The notes beneath the pieces are model-generated. The model was not told the DNA's origin, did not search any database, and worked only from the letters and a program-made list of their open reading frames with translations. A stretch of 64,000 bases of DNA from Nitrososphaerota archaeon (lineage in GTDB: Archaea > Thermoproteota > Nitrososphaeria_A > Caldarchaeales > JAVZCJ01), in the NCBI GenBank assembly GCA_038817485.1, contig JAWAZL010000002.1:70346-134345 (forward strand). The letters are read 5' to 3'. Positions 20,997-34,995 of the stretch are shown here, piece by piece. A program made the translations under genes and the position numbers. The first letter of the stretch is position 1; each line of letters starts with the position of its first letter.

Positions 20997-21449
20997 TTTT
21001 TACACCATTATTCTTTATTGTTATAAATTTACTTTGCATATAAAGTTTAAATATATAAAGATTAAAAAATTTTGTTACTTTAATAAATCCCTAAACTATA
21101 GTAAGTAGAAGAAACGTCTAGAAATCTTTTTAAATTGTTTTTCATTAATTTAAATCCAATATTTTTAAGTACTTTCACCCCCTATCAGAAAAGAATTTTC
21201 TATTATTTAAGAAAGAAAAAATCAATAGTATCTTTAAATTCATCTTTATTTTAGAAAATAACAAGCATATATCAAAAATCTCCTAAATTTTTCAAAAGAA
21301 ATAATCTTATTTATTTTAAATTTCTTTTGTAAATATTTGAAATCATTTTGTAATAACATATTTTTAAAATATTCAATCCATGTTTTTCTAATAATTCATC
21401 AAATTTAAGAAAGCTCATGTATTTGCTCTTTTGATATTCATTATATTTT

Positions 21450-22127
21450 TCAATAAAATGTACTTTCATTCCATATTTTTTGAAATTCTTTTTCATAAAG
21501 TTCAGCAATTTCATTATCTATTATAATTAATAGATTTTCATTATTCTTATCTTCAGCTTGTGAACTCCAATTAAAGCTACCTGTTAATACTACTTTACTA
21601 TCTATAATCATAACTTTATTATGCATTAATGCGGGATTACTATCATATCTTACAATTATTCCAGCATTTTTCAATTTAATATCCTCAGAATACTTTGATA
21701 TTTGCTCTTTTTCAAATATTATCAAAACTTCTATGCCTTTTTTATAAGCTGAAATTAATGCGTCACTAATACTATCTAGTGTAAAACTATATATCATTAT
21801 ATGTATAGATTTATTTGCTCTATTTATCCATTCTAAGATAGCTTTTTCGCATCCCCCTTTTGGAGAAAAATAAGCAGTTATATATGGCTTATAGGTTGTT
21901 GAAATAGTGATTGTTTCTGTAATTATTGTAGATGGTATCCGATAAGTAGTTATTAATGTAAATGTTGTTGTAATAAAAAGTTTTTCTGTATATACATTAG
22001 TATATGTTGTAGGAATATAAGAAGTTATTGTAGTTATTTTAGATGGTTTTTCTATAGAATATATTAATCCAATCAATAATAAAGCAATAATTAGAATAAT
22101 TATAAGCGTAGAAAATAGCCTTCTCAT
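21450..22127 (-). CDS. Membrane-anchored phospholipase D/Nuc-family nuclease
   Basis: N-terminal TM segment, then a roughly 60 aa Thr/Ile-rich low-complexity stalk, then an HKD motif (LMHNKVMIIDSKVVLTGSFNWS). Confidence 0.7.
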   Translation of the reverse strand: MRRLFSTLIIILIIALLLIGLIYSIEKPSKITTITSYIPTTYTNVYTEKLFITTTFTLITTYRIPSTIITETITISTTYKPYITAYFSPKGGCEKAILEWINRANKSIHIMIYSFTLDSISDALISAYKKGIEVLIIFEKEQISKYSEDIKLKNAGIIVRYDSNPALMHNKVMIIDSKVVLTGSFNWSSQAEDKNNENLLIIIDNEIAELYEKEFQKIWNESTFY

Positions 22128-22279
22128 ATATCTTAATTAAATTTTTATGACAAATATATCTTTTTTTAAAATCATTTTTCTAATAAGATCCAAATAAAAA
22201 TAAGCATTTTTAGGTTTAAAAAATAAATAATCTAAAATTCTTCTTTTTAAAAAAAGTTTAAAAAAGGCTAAACTTAGAA

Positions 22280-22963
22280 TTATCTATTACTTGTTATTAA
22301 CGTTCCTACTTCTTCTCCTTTTAAAGCTTTTTTAATATTCTCTATTTTTTCCCCATTTAATACTATGCAATCTATTTTTGATCTTTTAATAATTATAAGC
22401 GATAATTTATCAAATAATTTATATTCTCCAGCTATTTGAGATTCTTTTTCAATTATATTGCTTAATTCTTCAGGCGTCATCTTTTTTATTAATTTTGCAT
22501 CAGAATATTTTTTTGGATCTTTTGTATATACTCCATCTACGTTTGTAGCAATAATTAATTTTTCCGCTTTTAAAGCTTCAGCAATAATTGCTGCAACAGC
22601 TGTTGTTGATTGTCCAGGTTGGAATCCTCCAGTAATAACTATATTTTTTTGTGTAAGATATTGTCTTACTTGCTGTAAATTTTCTGCTATAGCTGGATAT
22701 GCGATTTCACCAATTGTTTGAGTTAAGAAATATGCATTCATTCTTGAAACATGTATTCCAATTTCATCACAAATTGCTTCATTTAAACCTATTTCACGTG
22801 CAGCTGAAATATATTTCCTAGAAATCCCCCCTCCTCCAATAACTATAACGATTTTTTCTTTTTTAGCTAATTCATGAAAAACTTTATTATATGCTTTTAT
22901 AAGAGAAATTTTAATATTTTCATTGAAAAAAAGATGTCCACCAAGTTTAATAACGATAGTCAA
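22280..22963 (-). CDS. pyrH: Uridylate (UMP) kinase, archaeal type
   Basis: Amino-acid-kinase fold with KLGGHLF, VIGGGGISR, ITGGFQPGQSTTAVAA and ATNVDGVYTKDP. Confidence 0.85.
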   Translation of the reverse strand: MTIVIKLGGHLFFNENIKISLIKAYNKVFHELAKKEKIVIVIGGGGISRKYISAAREIGLNEAICDEIGIHVSRMNAYFLTQTIGEIAYPAIAENLQQVRQYLTQKNIVITGGFQPGQSTTAVAAIIAEALKAEKLIIATNVDGVYTKDPKKYSDAKLIKKMTPEELSNIIEKESQIAGEYKLFDKLSLIIIKRSKIDCIVLNGEKIENIKKALKGEEVGTLITSNR

Positions 22964-23051
22964 AACAATTTCACCAAAAGTATTATTTTATGAGTAATAC
23001 TTATAGTTATCTTTTTCTTTTTAAGAACGAAGAATTAAGGGTTAATGAAAA

Positions 23052-24308
23052 ATGAGCTTAGGAAAAGATTCTGTTTCACTCTATAAATTTAAAACATTTT
23101 TAAATGAAATTAAAGAAAAAGAAGGTAGAGGAACGCAACTCGTTTCTCTTTATATTCCTCCTGAAAGACAAATCTCTGATGTAATAAATTATCTTCGTCA
23201 AGAATATGCTACAGCAGCTAATATTAAATCTAAAACTACTAGAAAGAATGTTCAAGATGCTATTGAAAAAACAATTCAAAAACTTAAACTTTTTGATAAA
23301 ATTCCAGAAAATGGTTTAATAATTTTTAGTGGAGCAATTCCACAAAATGGTCCTGGAACAGAGAAAATAGAAGTTTATACTATTATCCCTCCTGAAAAAA
23401 TAACTACTTTTATCTATAGATGCGATAGTAAATTTAATATCGAGCCACTTAAAGAAATGTTAAAAGAGAAAGATGTTTTTGGAATAATAGCTATTGATAA
23501 TGAGGAAGCCGCTATAGCTATAGCTAAAGGTAGAAAAATACTTGTTATGAAATCCTTCACTTCAGGAGTACCTGGAAAACATAGAGCTGGTGGTCAATCT
23601 GCTAGAAGGTTTGAAAGACTTAGAGAAGCTAGTTTGCATGAATATTATAAGAGAGTTGGAGCGCATGCAAATGAAATACTTTTAAGCGAACCTGATTTAA
23701 AAGGAGTAATAATCGCAGGTCCTGGGCCTACAAAAGAAGATTTCTTTAAAGGAAACTACTTACATTATACTCTTAGGGATAAAGTTAAACTTGTAGATAC
23801 TTCTTATTCTGGTGCAAGTGGTGTAAGAGAAGCGCTTAGTAAAGCAGAAGATTTCTTGAAAGAATTAAGATATATTAAAGAGAAAAAATTAATTGAAAAA
23901 TTTTTAAAGGAAGTTTCTTCTGAAAAAGGCCTTGTAGCTTATGGAGAAGAAGAAGTTATGAACGCTATTAAAAATGGTTTAGTAGATACCTTATTAATTA
24001 GTGAAGGACTTGAAAAAATTTTAATTAAAATTGAATGTACAAATTGTGGCTATAATAGGGAAGAAAAAGTAGAACCAAAAGATTTTGTTTTAAGAAGTCA
24101 AGAAATATTAGCTGAAAAATGTCCTAAATGCCTTAATCAAACATTAAAGATTTCTTCTACACAAAAATATTTGGATTTTCTAATAGATCTTGCTGAGAGT
24201 CTTCATATAAATATTGAATTAATATCTTCTGAAACAGAAGAGGGTGAAATATTAAAAAATGCTTTTGGAGGAGTAGTTGCATTTTTAAAAACAGCTCTTT
24301 ATTATTAA
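23052..24308 (+). CDS. prf1: Peptide chain release factor aRF1
   Basis: NIKS motif (AANIKSKTTRKNV) and GGQS motif (HRAGGQSARRFERL). Confidence 0.92.
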   Translation: MSLGKDSVSLYKFKTFLNEIKEKEGRGTQLVSLYIPPERQISDVINYLRQEYATAANIKSKTTRKNVQDAIEKTIQKLKLFDKIPENGLIIFSGAIPQNGPGTEKIEVYTIIPPEKITTFIYRCDSKFNIEPLKEMLKEKDVFGIIAIDNEEAAIAIAKGRKILVMKSFTSGVPGKHRAGGQSARRFERLREASLHEYYKRVGAHANEILLSEPDLKGVIIAGPGPTKEDFFKGNYLHYTLRDKVKLVDTSYSGASGVREALSKAEDFLKELRYIKEKKLIEKFLKEVSSEKGLVAYGEEEVMNAIKNGLVDTLLISEGLEKILIKIECTNCGYNREEKVEPKDFVLRSQEILAEKCPKCLNQTLKISSTQKYLDFLIDLAESLHINIELISSETEEGEILKNAFGGVVAFLKTALYY

Positions 24309-24620
24309 AGATTTTTGAATCAGATTTTTCTAATGAAGAGTCTTAAAAATATTATTAAGTTATTTTATAAGATTTGCATTAAATTAATAATTTTTTATAC
24401 TTTTTATTTAATTTTAGTTACTATTAGAGTTAGTTCGCTAAAAGAATAAAGAATTTTAAAGAATTTAGATTATCTTAAAGTAGTATATTAATAAAAGTAA
24501 ATTCAAAATACTGAAGTTTTTTATCTTATTTTTTAGGTATATTTAATATAAACAACGCAAAATTTATATATCTTTTTCTTAAATAAATAGTCTCACATAA
24601 GAGGTGAAACTTAATAATGG

Positions 24621-26147
24621 GTGAGTATTTTATCGTTAAGAAACGCTAAACTTCCATCTAAAGTTCTTTTTCTAGATACAACATTAAGAGATGGAGAACA
24701 AACTCCGGGCGTGTCTTTAACACCTGAAAATAAGCTTAAAATTGCTTCAAAACTTGAAGAAATTGGAATCGATTTTATAGAGGCAGGTTTTGCAGCAGCT
24801 TCTAAAGGTGAATTTAAAGCTTTAAAATTAATATCTGAACAGAGATTTAAAGCTGAGATTTATAGCTTTAGCAGATGCGTTAAATCTGATATAGATTCAG
24901 CTGCAGATTCTGGTGTGGATGGAATAACATTAACAATGCCTACATCCGATTTACATATTAATTATAAACTTGAAAAAGATAAACAATTTATAATAGAAAA
25001 TATTGAGAATTGTGTGGATTATGCTAAAGAAAGAGGTTTAATAGTAGAATTTTTAGCAGAAGATGGATCTAGAAGTAATTTAAATTTTTTGAAGAATGCT
25101 TTTATAAAAGCTATGGAATGTAAAGCCGATAGAGTATGTTTATGTGATACTGTAGGTGTATTAACACCTGAAAGAACTGCTGAACTTATTAATGAATTAA
25201 CTAAATACTTACAAGTTCCATTAGCAATTCATTGCCATAATGATTTTGGATTAGCTGTTGCGAATTCTCTCATTGCTCTTAAGCATGGTGCTCAAGAAGT
25301 TCATGTAACTGTAAATGGCTTAGGTGAAAGAGCTGGAAATGCAGCATTAGAAGAAGTTGTAACAAGCTTAGAGCTTTTATATGGATATAAAACAAATATA
25401 AAAACAAATTTAATATATGAAACTTCTAAGCTTGTTTCTCAATTAACTGGAATATATGTTCAACCAAATAAAGCAATTGTAGGAGAAAATGCATTTGCAC
25501 ATGAATCTGGAATACATACTCATGGAGTAATAAAGAATCCATTAACTTATGAACCTATTCCTCCTGAATTTGTGGGGGCTTCGAGAAGGATAATCGTAGG
25601 TAAACATGCTGGAAAACATGGTTTAAAAGAAAGTTTAAAAAATATAGGTTTTGATGTATCTGATGAGCAACTTTCTGAAATTCTTAAAAGAGTTAAGGAT
25701 TTAGGAGATAAAGGTAAAAAAGTTACTGATGCTGACCTTCAAGTTATAGCTGAAACTGTTTTAGGAATGCCTAAAATAAGGCCAATAAAATTAAAAGAAG
25801 TTTTAGTTGTAACTGGTAATAGTATTACATCAACAGCTTTCGTTAAATTAAAATTTTATGGAAAAACTATAAGTGGAGCTGCTACTGGTGTAGGACCAGT
25901 AGATGCTGCTATAAATGCTATTAAAAAATTAGTATTAGATGCAGAATTTGTACAACTTGAAGAATATCATGTTAACTCTGTAACGGGTGGTACTGATGCT
26001 ATTGTTGAAGTTATTGTAAAACTTAGGAAAAATGGTAAAGTTGTTACATCTAGAGGTGCTAGTGAAAATATAGTTATTGCAAGTGTTGAAGCAATATTAA
26101 GTGGTATAAATCTTTTATTAGTAAATTGTAAAAATTCAGGTTGGTAA
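24621..26147 (+). CDS. leuA: 2-isopropylmalate synthase or (R)-citramalate synthase
   Basis: LDTTLRDGEQTPGV, HCHNDFGLAVANS and a C-terminal LeuA-dimer regulatory domain. GTG start. LeuA and CimA cannot be separated by eye. Confidence 0.85.
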   Translation: MSILSLRNAKLPSKVLFLDTTLRDGEQTPGVSLTPENKLKIASKLEEIGIDFIEAGFAAASKGEFKALKLISEQRFKAEIYSFSRCVKSDIDSAADSGVDGITLTMPTSDLHINYKLEKDKQFIIENIENCVDYAKERGLIVEFLAEDGSRSNLNFLKNAFIKAMECKADRVCLCDTVGVLTPERTAELINELTKYLQVPLAIHCHNDFGLAVANSLIALKHGAQEVHVTVNGLGERAGNAALEEVVTSLELLYGYKTNIKTNLIYETSKLVSQLTGIYVQPNKAIVGENAFAHESGIHTHGVIKNPLTYEPIPPEFVGASRRIIVGKHAGKHGLKESLKNIGFDVSDEQLSEILKRVKDLGDKGKKVTDADLQVIAETVLGMPKIRPIKLKEVLVVTGNSITSTAFVKLKFYGKTISGAATGVGPVDAAINAIKKLVLDAEFVQLEEYHVNSVTGGTDAIVEVIVKLRKNGKVVTSRGASENIVIASVEAILSGINLLLVNCKNSGW

Positions 26148-26150
26148 AAA

Positions 26151-27830
26151 TTGAAAATAAGTGGAAGTTTGGCATTGATAGAGGCATTAAAAAAACAAGG
26201 TGTTAAAACAATATTTGGGATACCTGGAGGAGCAATACTTCCAATTTATGATGCTCTTTATGATGAAAAAAATATAAGACATATTCTTATGCGTCACGAA
26301 CAATGTGCAGCTCATGCTGCTGATGGATATGCTCGAGTTAAAGGGGAACCTGGAGTTTGTATGGCTACTTCTGGCCCTGGTGCTACAAATCTTGTTACAG
26401 GTATTGCAACAGCTTATATGGATTCTAGTCCTTTAATAGCTATAACAGGACAAGTTCCAACTAGCTTTATAGGTAAAGATGCTTTTCAAGAAGTTGATAT
26501 AATTGGTATAACCACACCAATAACAAAATATAACTATCAAATTAGGAATGTTAAGGATATCCCTAGAATCATTAAAGAAGCTTTTTATATAGCTTCAACT
26601 GGTAGACCAGGACCTGTATTAATAGATGTCCCTAAAGATATCCAAACTGATATAGATGAGGTGTATTTTGAATCTGAAATTAAAATTAGAGGTTATAAAC
26701 CTAATGTAGATCCGCATCCACTTCAAATTAAGAAAGCTGTTGATTTACTTATAAATGCTGAACGTCCTATAATACTAGCTGGTGGCGGTATCCATTGGTC
26801 TAGAGCATATGATGAACTTCTTAAATTAGCTGAATTACTTATGGCTCCAGTTGCTACTACTTTCATGGGTAAAGGGACTATTCCTGAAAATCACCCATTA
26901 TGCTTAGGATGCATTGGTATGCATGGTAGAATTGAAGCTAATGAATCTATAATGATGGCTGATGTTGTGGTTGCGATAGGTGTTAGATTTTCAGATAGAA
27001 CTACATGCAAAGCTAGTGATTTTTGTGTGAATGCTAAAATAATTCATATAGATATCGATGCTTCTGAAATTAAAAAGAATATTTCAATTCATTTACCAAT
27101 AGTTGCAGATGCTAAAAAGGCTTTAAAATCAATAATTGATGAAATAATTCATAGAGGTTTAAAGAAAGAAAATTCTGAATGGCTTAAAAGAATTGAAATA
27201 CTTAAAAAAGAAAATACAGATACTGAACCAAAAGGAGAACTTACAGGAATGAATGCTGTAAAAATTCTACGTAAAGTTTTACCAGAAAATGCTATAGTAA
27301 CAACTGAAGTAGGACAAAACCAAATGTGGGCTTCATTATATTTTAAAGTTATAAAACCAAGAACATTTATTTCATCAGGTGGTTTAGGAACAATGGGTTT
27401 TGGCTTTCCAGCAGCTTTAGGAGCTAAAGTTGCTAAGCCTGAGGTACCTGTTGTTGATATTGCTGGGGATGGAAGTTTTCTTATGACTGAACAAGATTTA
27501 GCTACAAGTATAGTTGAAGATATACCTGTTATAGTTATGATATTAAATAACTCAAGTTTAGGTATGGTAGTCCAATGGCAAAGATTATTCTATAATAGAA
27601 GATATTCAAACACATTATTAAAAAATACTCCCGACTTTGTTAAATTAGCTGAAGCTTATGGAGCTAATGGTGCTAGAGTAAATTCTTTAAATGAGCTTGA
27701 ACAAGTTTTAAAAGAAGCTATTAAATCTGATGTAACATATGTTATAGATGTCCCTATATCGAGTGAGGAAGATGTTTTGCCATTTGTACCTCCTGGTAAA
27801 AATTTAAGAGAATTTATTTTTAAGAGATGA
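26151..27830 (+). CDS. ilvB: Acetolactate synthase large subunit
   Basis: 559 aa TPP enzyme with GIPGGAILPIYDAL and GDGSFLMTEQDLAT motifs. Confidence 0.92.
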   Translation: MKISGSLALIEALKKQGVKTIFGIPGGAILPIYDALYDEKNIRHILMRHEQCAAHAADGYARVKGEPGVCMATSGPGATNLVTGIATAYMDSSPLIAITGQVPTSFIGKDAFQEVDIIGITTPITKYNYQIRNVKDIPRIIKEAFYIASTGRPGPVLIDVPKDIQTDIDEVYFESEIKIRGYKPNVDPHPLQIKKAVDLLINAERPIILAGGGIHWSRAYDELLKLAELLMAPVATTFMGKGTIPENHPLCLGCIGMHGRIEANESIMMADVVVAIGVRFSDRTTCKASDFCVNAKIIHIDIDASEIKKNISIHLPIVADAKKALKSIIDEIIHRGLKKENSEWLKRIEILKKENTDTEPKGELTGMNAVKILRKVLPENAIVTTEVGQNQMWASLYFKVIKPRTFISSGGLGTMGFGFPAALGAKVAKPEVPVVDIAGDGSFLMTEQDLATSIVEDIPVIVMILNNSSLGMVVQWQRLFYNRRYSNTLLKNTPDFVKLAEAYGANGARVNSLNELEQVLKEAIKSDVTYVIDVPISSEEDVLPFVPPGKNLREFIFKR

Positions 27831-27835
27831 TTTAA

Positions 27836-28336
27836 TTGAATGAATATATTTTAGTAGCTATAGTTGAAAATAAACCTGGTGTTCTTTATAGAATTTCAAA
27901 CATGTTTAGAAGAAGGAACTTTAATATAGAAAGTATAGTTGTTGGTGCTAGTGAAATTAAAGATTTAGCTAGAATGACTATTACAGTTAAAGGTGATGAA
28001 TATACTGTTGAACAAATTGTAAAACAATTACAAAAATTAATAGATGTTATAAAAGTTACTAAACTTGATCCAAATAAAAGTGTTATAAGAGAACTTGCAT
28101 TAATAAAAGTTCATACTCCTGATTCTAAAGCTAAAAGTGATGTTATAAATTATGTAACTATATTTAGAGGCAGAATTGTTGATGTTTCTGAAGATTCTAT
28201 GACTATTGAAATAACTGGAACTTCTGATAAAATAAATGCCTTCATTGAACTTATGAGAATTTATGGTATTAAGGAACTTGCTAGAACTGGTGCAGTAGCC
28301 ATGTTAAGAAACTTTAAATCTTTTAAAATTGAATAA
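27836..28336 (+). CDS. ilvN: Acetolactate synthase small (regulatory) subunit
   Basis: ACT domain start (VENKPGVLYRISNMFRRRNFNIESI) and operon position. Confidence 0.88.
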   Translation: MNEYILVAIVENKPGVLYRISNMFRRRNFNIESIVVGASEIKDLARMTITVKGDEYTVEQIVKQLQKLIDVIKVTKLDPNKSVIRELALIKVHTPDSKAKSDVINYVTIFRGRIVDVSEDSMTIEITGTSDKINAFIELMRIYGIKELARTGAVAMLRNFKSFKIE

Positions 28337-28350
28337 AAAAGTGATAAATT

Positions 28351-29337
28351 ATGGTGAAAGTTTTCTACGATAAAGATATATCTTTAGATTTTTTAAAAGA
28401 TAAAACTATAGCAATTATAGGTTATGGAAATCAAGGGAGAAATCAAGCTTTAAATCTTAGAGATTCTGGCATAGAAGTTATCATAGGTGTTAGACAAGGT
28501 AAATCTTGGGAATTAGCTTTAAAAGAAAATTTTAAAGTTTATAATATTGATGAAGCTTCTAAAATTGGAGATATAATACACATACTAGTACCTGATACAG
28601 TTCAACCTGAAATATATAATAAATACATAGCTTCAAATTTATCAGAAAATAAAGCACTTTGTTTTAGTCATGGTTTTAATATACATTTTAAACAAATAGT
28701 TCCTCCATCAAACATAGATGTTATTATGGTAGCTCCTAAAAGTCCAGGTTATTTATTAAGACAAATGTATCTTAAAGGATTTGGAGTTCCAGCACTTATA
28801 GCTGTTTATCAAAACTATACTGGTAAGGCTAAAAATATTGCATTAGCTATGGCTAAAGCTTTAGGATGCACTAAAGCAGGTGTTATAGAAACTACTTTTA
28901 AAGATGAAACTGAAAGTGATTTAATAGGTGAACAATGTGTTCTAGTAGGAGGATTAATAGAACTCATTAAAAATGGATTTGAAGTTTTGGTCGAGCTTGG
29001 CTATCCCCCTGAACTTGCATATTTTGAAGCATGTAATGAAGCTAAGTTAATAATGGATTTAATATATGAAAAAGGTATAACAGGAATGCTTCAAGCAGTT
29101 TCAGATACTGCTAAACATGGAGGTTTAACTAGAGGGCCTAGAGTTATAGATAAAAAAGTTAAAGAAAATATGCGTAAAATTGCAAAGGAAGTTATAAATG
29201 GAAAATATGCTAAAGAATGGATTAAAGAAGATAGAAGTGGTAGAAAAAATCTTAAACGTCTTCTTAATGAAATTGAGAAACATCCACTTGAAAGAGTAGG
29301 TAAGAAAATACGTAAAATGGCTGGTATAGAAAAATAA
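28351..29337 (+). CDS. ilvC: Ketol-acid reductoisomerase
   Basis: [19 protein letters not shown] Rossmann motif, class I length of 328 aa. Confidence 0.92.
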   Translation: MVKVFYDKDISLDFLKDKTIAIIGYGNQGRNQALNLRDSGIEVIIGVRQGKSWELALKENFKVYNIDEASKIGDIIHILVPDTVQPEIYNKYIASNLSENKALCFSHGFNIHFKQIVPPSNIDVIMVAPKSPGYLLRQMYLKGFGVPALIAVYQNYTGKAKNIALAMAKALGCTKAGVIETTFKDETESDLIGEQCVLVGGLIELIKNGFEVLVELGYPPELAYFEACNEAKLIMDLIYEKGITGMLQAVSDTAKHGGLTRGPRVIDKKVKENMRKIAKEVINGKYAKEWIKEDRSGRKNLKRLLNEIEKHPLERVGKKIRKMAGIEK

Positions 29338-29347
29338 TTAAGTATAA

Positions 29348-29449
29348 TGGGCCTGCTGGGATTTGAACCCAGGACCTTTCCCGCGATTGTTTCGGTTATC
29401 AGCCTCGTCCTTTTTAGTCGAACGCTCCACCATGCTGAGCTACAGGCCC
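29348..29449 (-). tRNA. tRNA-Ile(GAU) with two short insertions at non-canonical positions
   Basis: Reverse strand: acceptor GGGCCTG/CAGGCCC, D arm GCTC-AGCATGGTG-GAGC, T arm CTGGG-TTCAAAT-CCCAG. An anticodon arm TTCGG-CTGATAA-CCGAA forms only if about 15 nt (near 29/30-30/31) and about 13 nt (near 43/44-45/46) are removed. Confidence 0.7.
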
Positions 29450-29689
29450 ATTTAATCACTTAAACTACCAAAAAATAAAGTAAAACTTATTTATATTTTT
29501 ATAATTTATGAAAAGATTAGGAATTATTTTTTAAATTTTTTAAGTTTTTATAAAAATAGGAAAATTTACTTTAAATACAATGATAAATATTAAATTTATG
29601 AATTATTTTTTAATATTTTATTCATAATTCACCCGTAAAATCCTTTAATAGTTTTAATATTGCTTATTTTCATTTTTAAAAGAAAAAAG

Positions 29690-29716
29690 TTTATAAATAA
29701 GATTATAAATATAAAC
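29690..29716 (+). promoter_or_regulatory. Candidate rRNA operon promoter (TATA box TTTATAAATA, second ATTATAAATA)
   Basis: TATA-like elements lie 20-30 nt upstream of the abrupt switch from AT-rich to GC-rich sequence at about 29719. TATA-like strings are common in this genome, so the evidence is positional only. Confidence 0.45.
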
Positions 29717-29842
29717 TATGCTTAGCTACAGTCGACGGCGGTTCGTCTCGATAGGGGAGTTTAGCTCCCCAAAATGAAAAGACGTCCTCCTACTGTAGCT
29801 AAATAATGAGGATTTGAGCGAATAGGATGCTCAAATCTGATG

Positions 29843-29881
29843 TGGGTAAGCTTCTGATTCTCATAAAAAAGCTTCAGCTTT
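29843..29881 (+). promoter_or_regulatory. 16S processing stem, 5' arm
   Basis: A perfect 39 nt reverse complement of 31391-31429 brackets the 16S rRNA. Confidence 0.85.
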
Positions 29882-29895
29882 GCGGCCAATAAAGG

Positions 29896-31383
<1,488 letters not shown>

Positions 31384-31390
31384 ATCGGAA

Positions 31391-31429
31391 AAAGCTGAAG
31401 CTTTTTTATGAGAATCAGAAGCTTACCCA
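31391..31429 (+). promoter_or_regulatory. 16S processing stem, 3' arm
   Basis: Perfect complement of 29843-29881. It is followed by a T6 run and a perfect 24 nt palindrome (31441-31464) in the spacer. No tRNA is present in the spacer. Confidence 0.85.
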
Positions 31430-31496
31430 TTTTTTATGAAAGCTTAGATGTTAACATCTAAGCTGGATGCAGGAGTAAGGTACATCCTTACAGTGA

Positions 31497-31541
31497 CTGC
31501 TTGCATAACTGGAAACCACTAACTAGAATTGTGTTTAGTGA
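31497..31541 (+). promoter_or_regulatory. 23S processing stem, 5' arm
   Basis: Pairs with 34584-34628 as 20 bp, a 6x6 internal loop, then 19 bp. Confidence 0.8.
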
Positions 31542-31544
31542 GGG

Positions 31545-34580
<3,036 letters not shown>

Positions 34581-34583
34581 GAG

Positions 34584-34628
34584 TCACTAAACACAATTCT
34601 AGGTGAAAGTTTCCAGTTATGCAAGCAG
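34584..34628 (+). promoter_or_regulatory. 23S processing stem, 3' arm
   Basis: Complement of 31497-31541 (see the 5' arm entry). Confidence 0.8.
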
Positions 34629-34631
34629 CAC

Positions 34632-34939
34632 ATGAAGACGAGTAGGCAGGTGGGTTACGAGATTTTCTTGGGGAAGGTCCTCCCCTCATGGAAGAACATG
34701 ACACCGTGAGGTGTAAGGGGAAACCCTTGGCAACGCCACAGAAACGAGACCCCTCTATTCTAATGAGAATGATACTGCACTAAAAAAGCAGTTGAAGAAG
34801 AATAGAGAATGGTTGAAACGGGCGTCCCATGTGAGGAAAGGCTAAATTAAGCCAATGATTGCTTCCATGAGGCTTGAGTTAGCCGATTAGAAAAATCCCA
34901 CCTAAAACAGAAGGAGGACTATTGCCTACTCGTCTTCAT
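34632..34939 (+). ncRNA. rnpB: RNase P RNA (archaeal type A-like)
   Basis: P1 is 17 bp (34632-34648 with 34923-34939) and P2 is GGTGGG/CCCACC (34649-34654 with 34897-34902). CR-I-like GGAAGGTCCTCC (34672-34683) can pair with the 3' ACAGAAGGAGGAC (34907-34919) to form the P4 pseudoknot. Also present: an 11 bp helix 34684-34694/34862-34872, GGGGAAACCC, and GCCACAGAAAC (ACAGAAA at 34738-34744). Confidence 0.8.
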
Positions 34940-34948
34940 TTTTTATTT
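34939..34948 (+). terminator. Oligo-T tract after RNase P RNA
   Basis: TTTTTTATTT directly follows the P1 3' strand. Confidence 0.4.
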
Positions 34949-34995
34949 AAAAAGTTTAAAGTTTTTAGTATAGTGTTAATTCTATTTAATTAAAA

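Noticed and set aside
21311-21514. A 67 aa ORF overlapping the 3' end of the PLD-like nuclease gene.
   Set aside because: It partly overlaps the nuclease gene in another frame, is Lys/Asn-rich, and has no motif. Probably spurious.
29091-29459. A 122 aa minus-strand ORF spanning the ilvC 3' end and the tRNA-Ile gene.
   Set aside because: It overlaps both ilvC (clear motifs) and a tRNA. It is spurious.
29719-29808. The leader element considered as a tRNA, possibly with a UUA anticodon in the GGGGAG-TTTAG-CTCCCC hairpin.
   Set aside because: It has a 10 bp terminal stem and a D-like GACG/CGTC stem. But there is no T arm with a TTCRA loop, and the spacing between the D-like stem and the putative anticodon stem is wrong. 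It is more simply external transcribed spacer structure.
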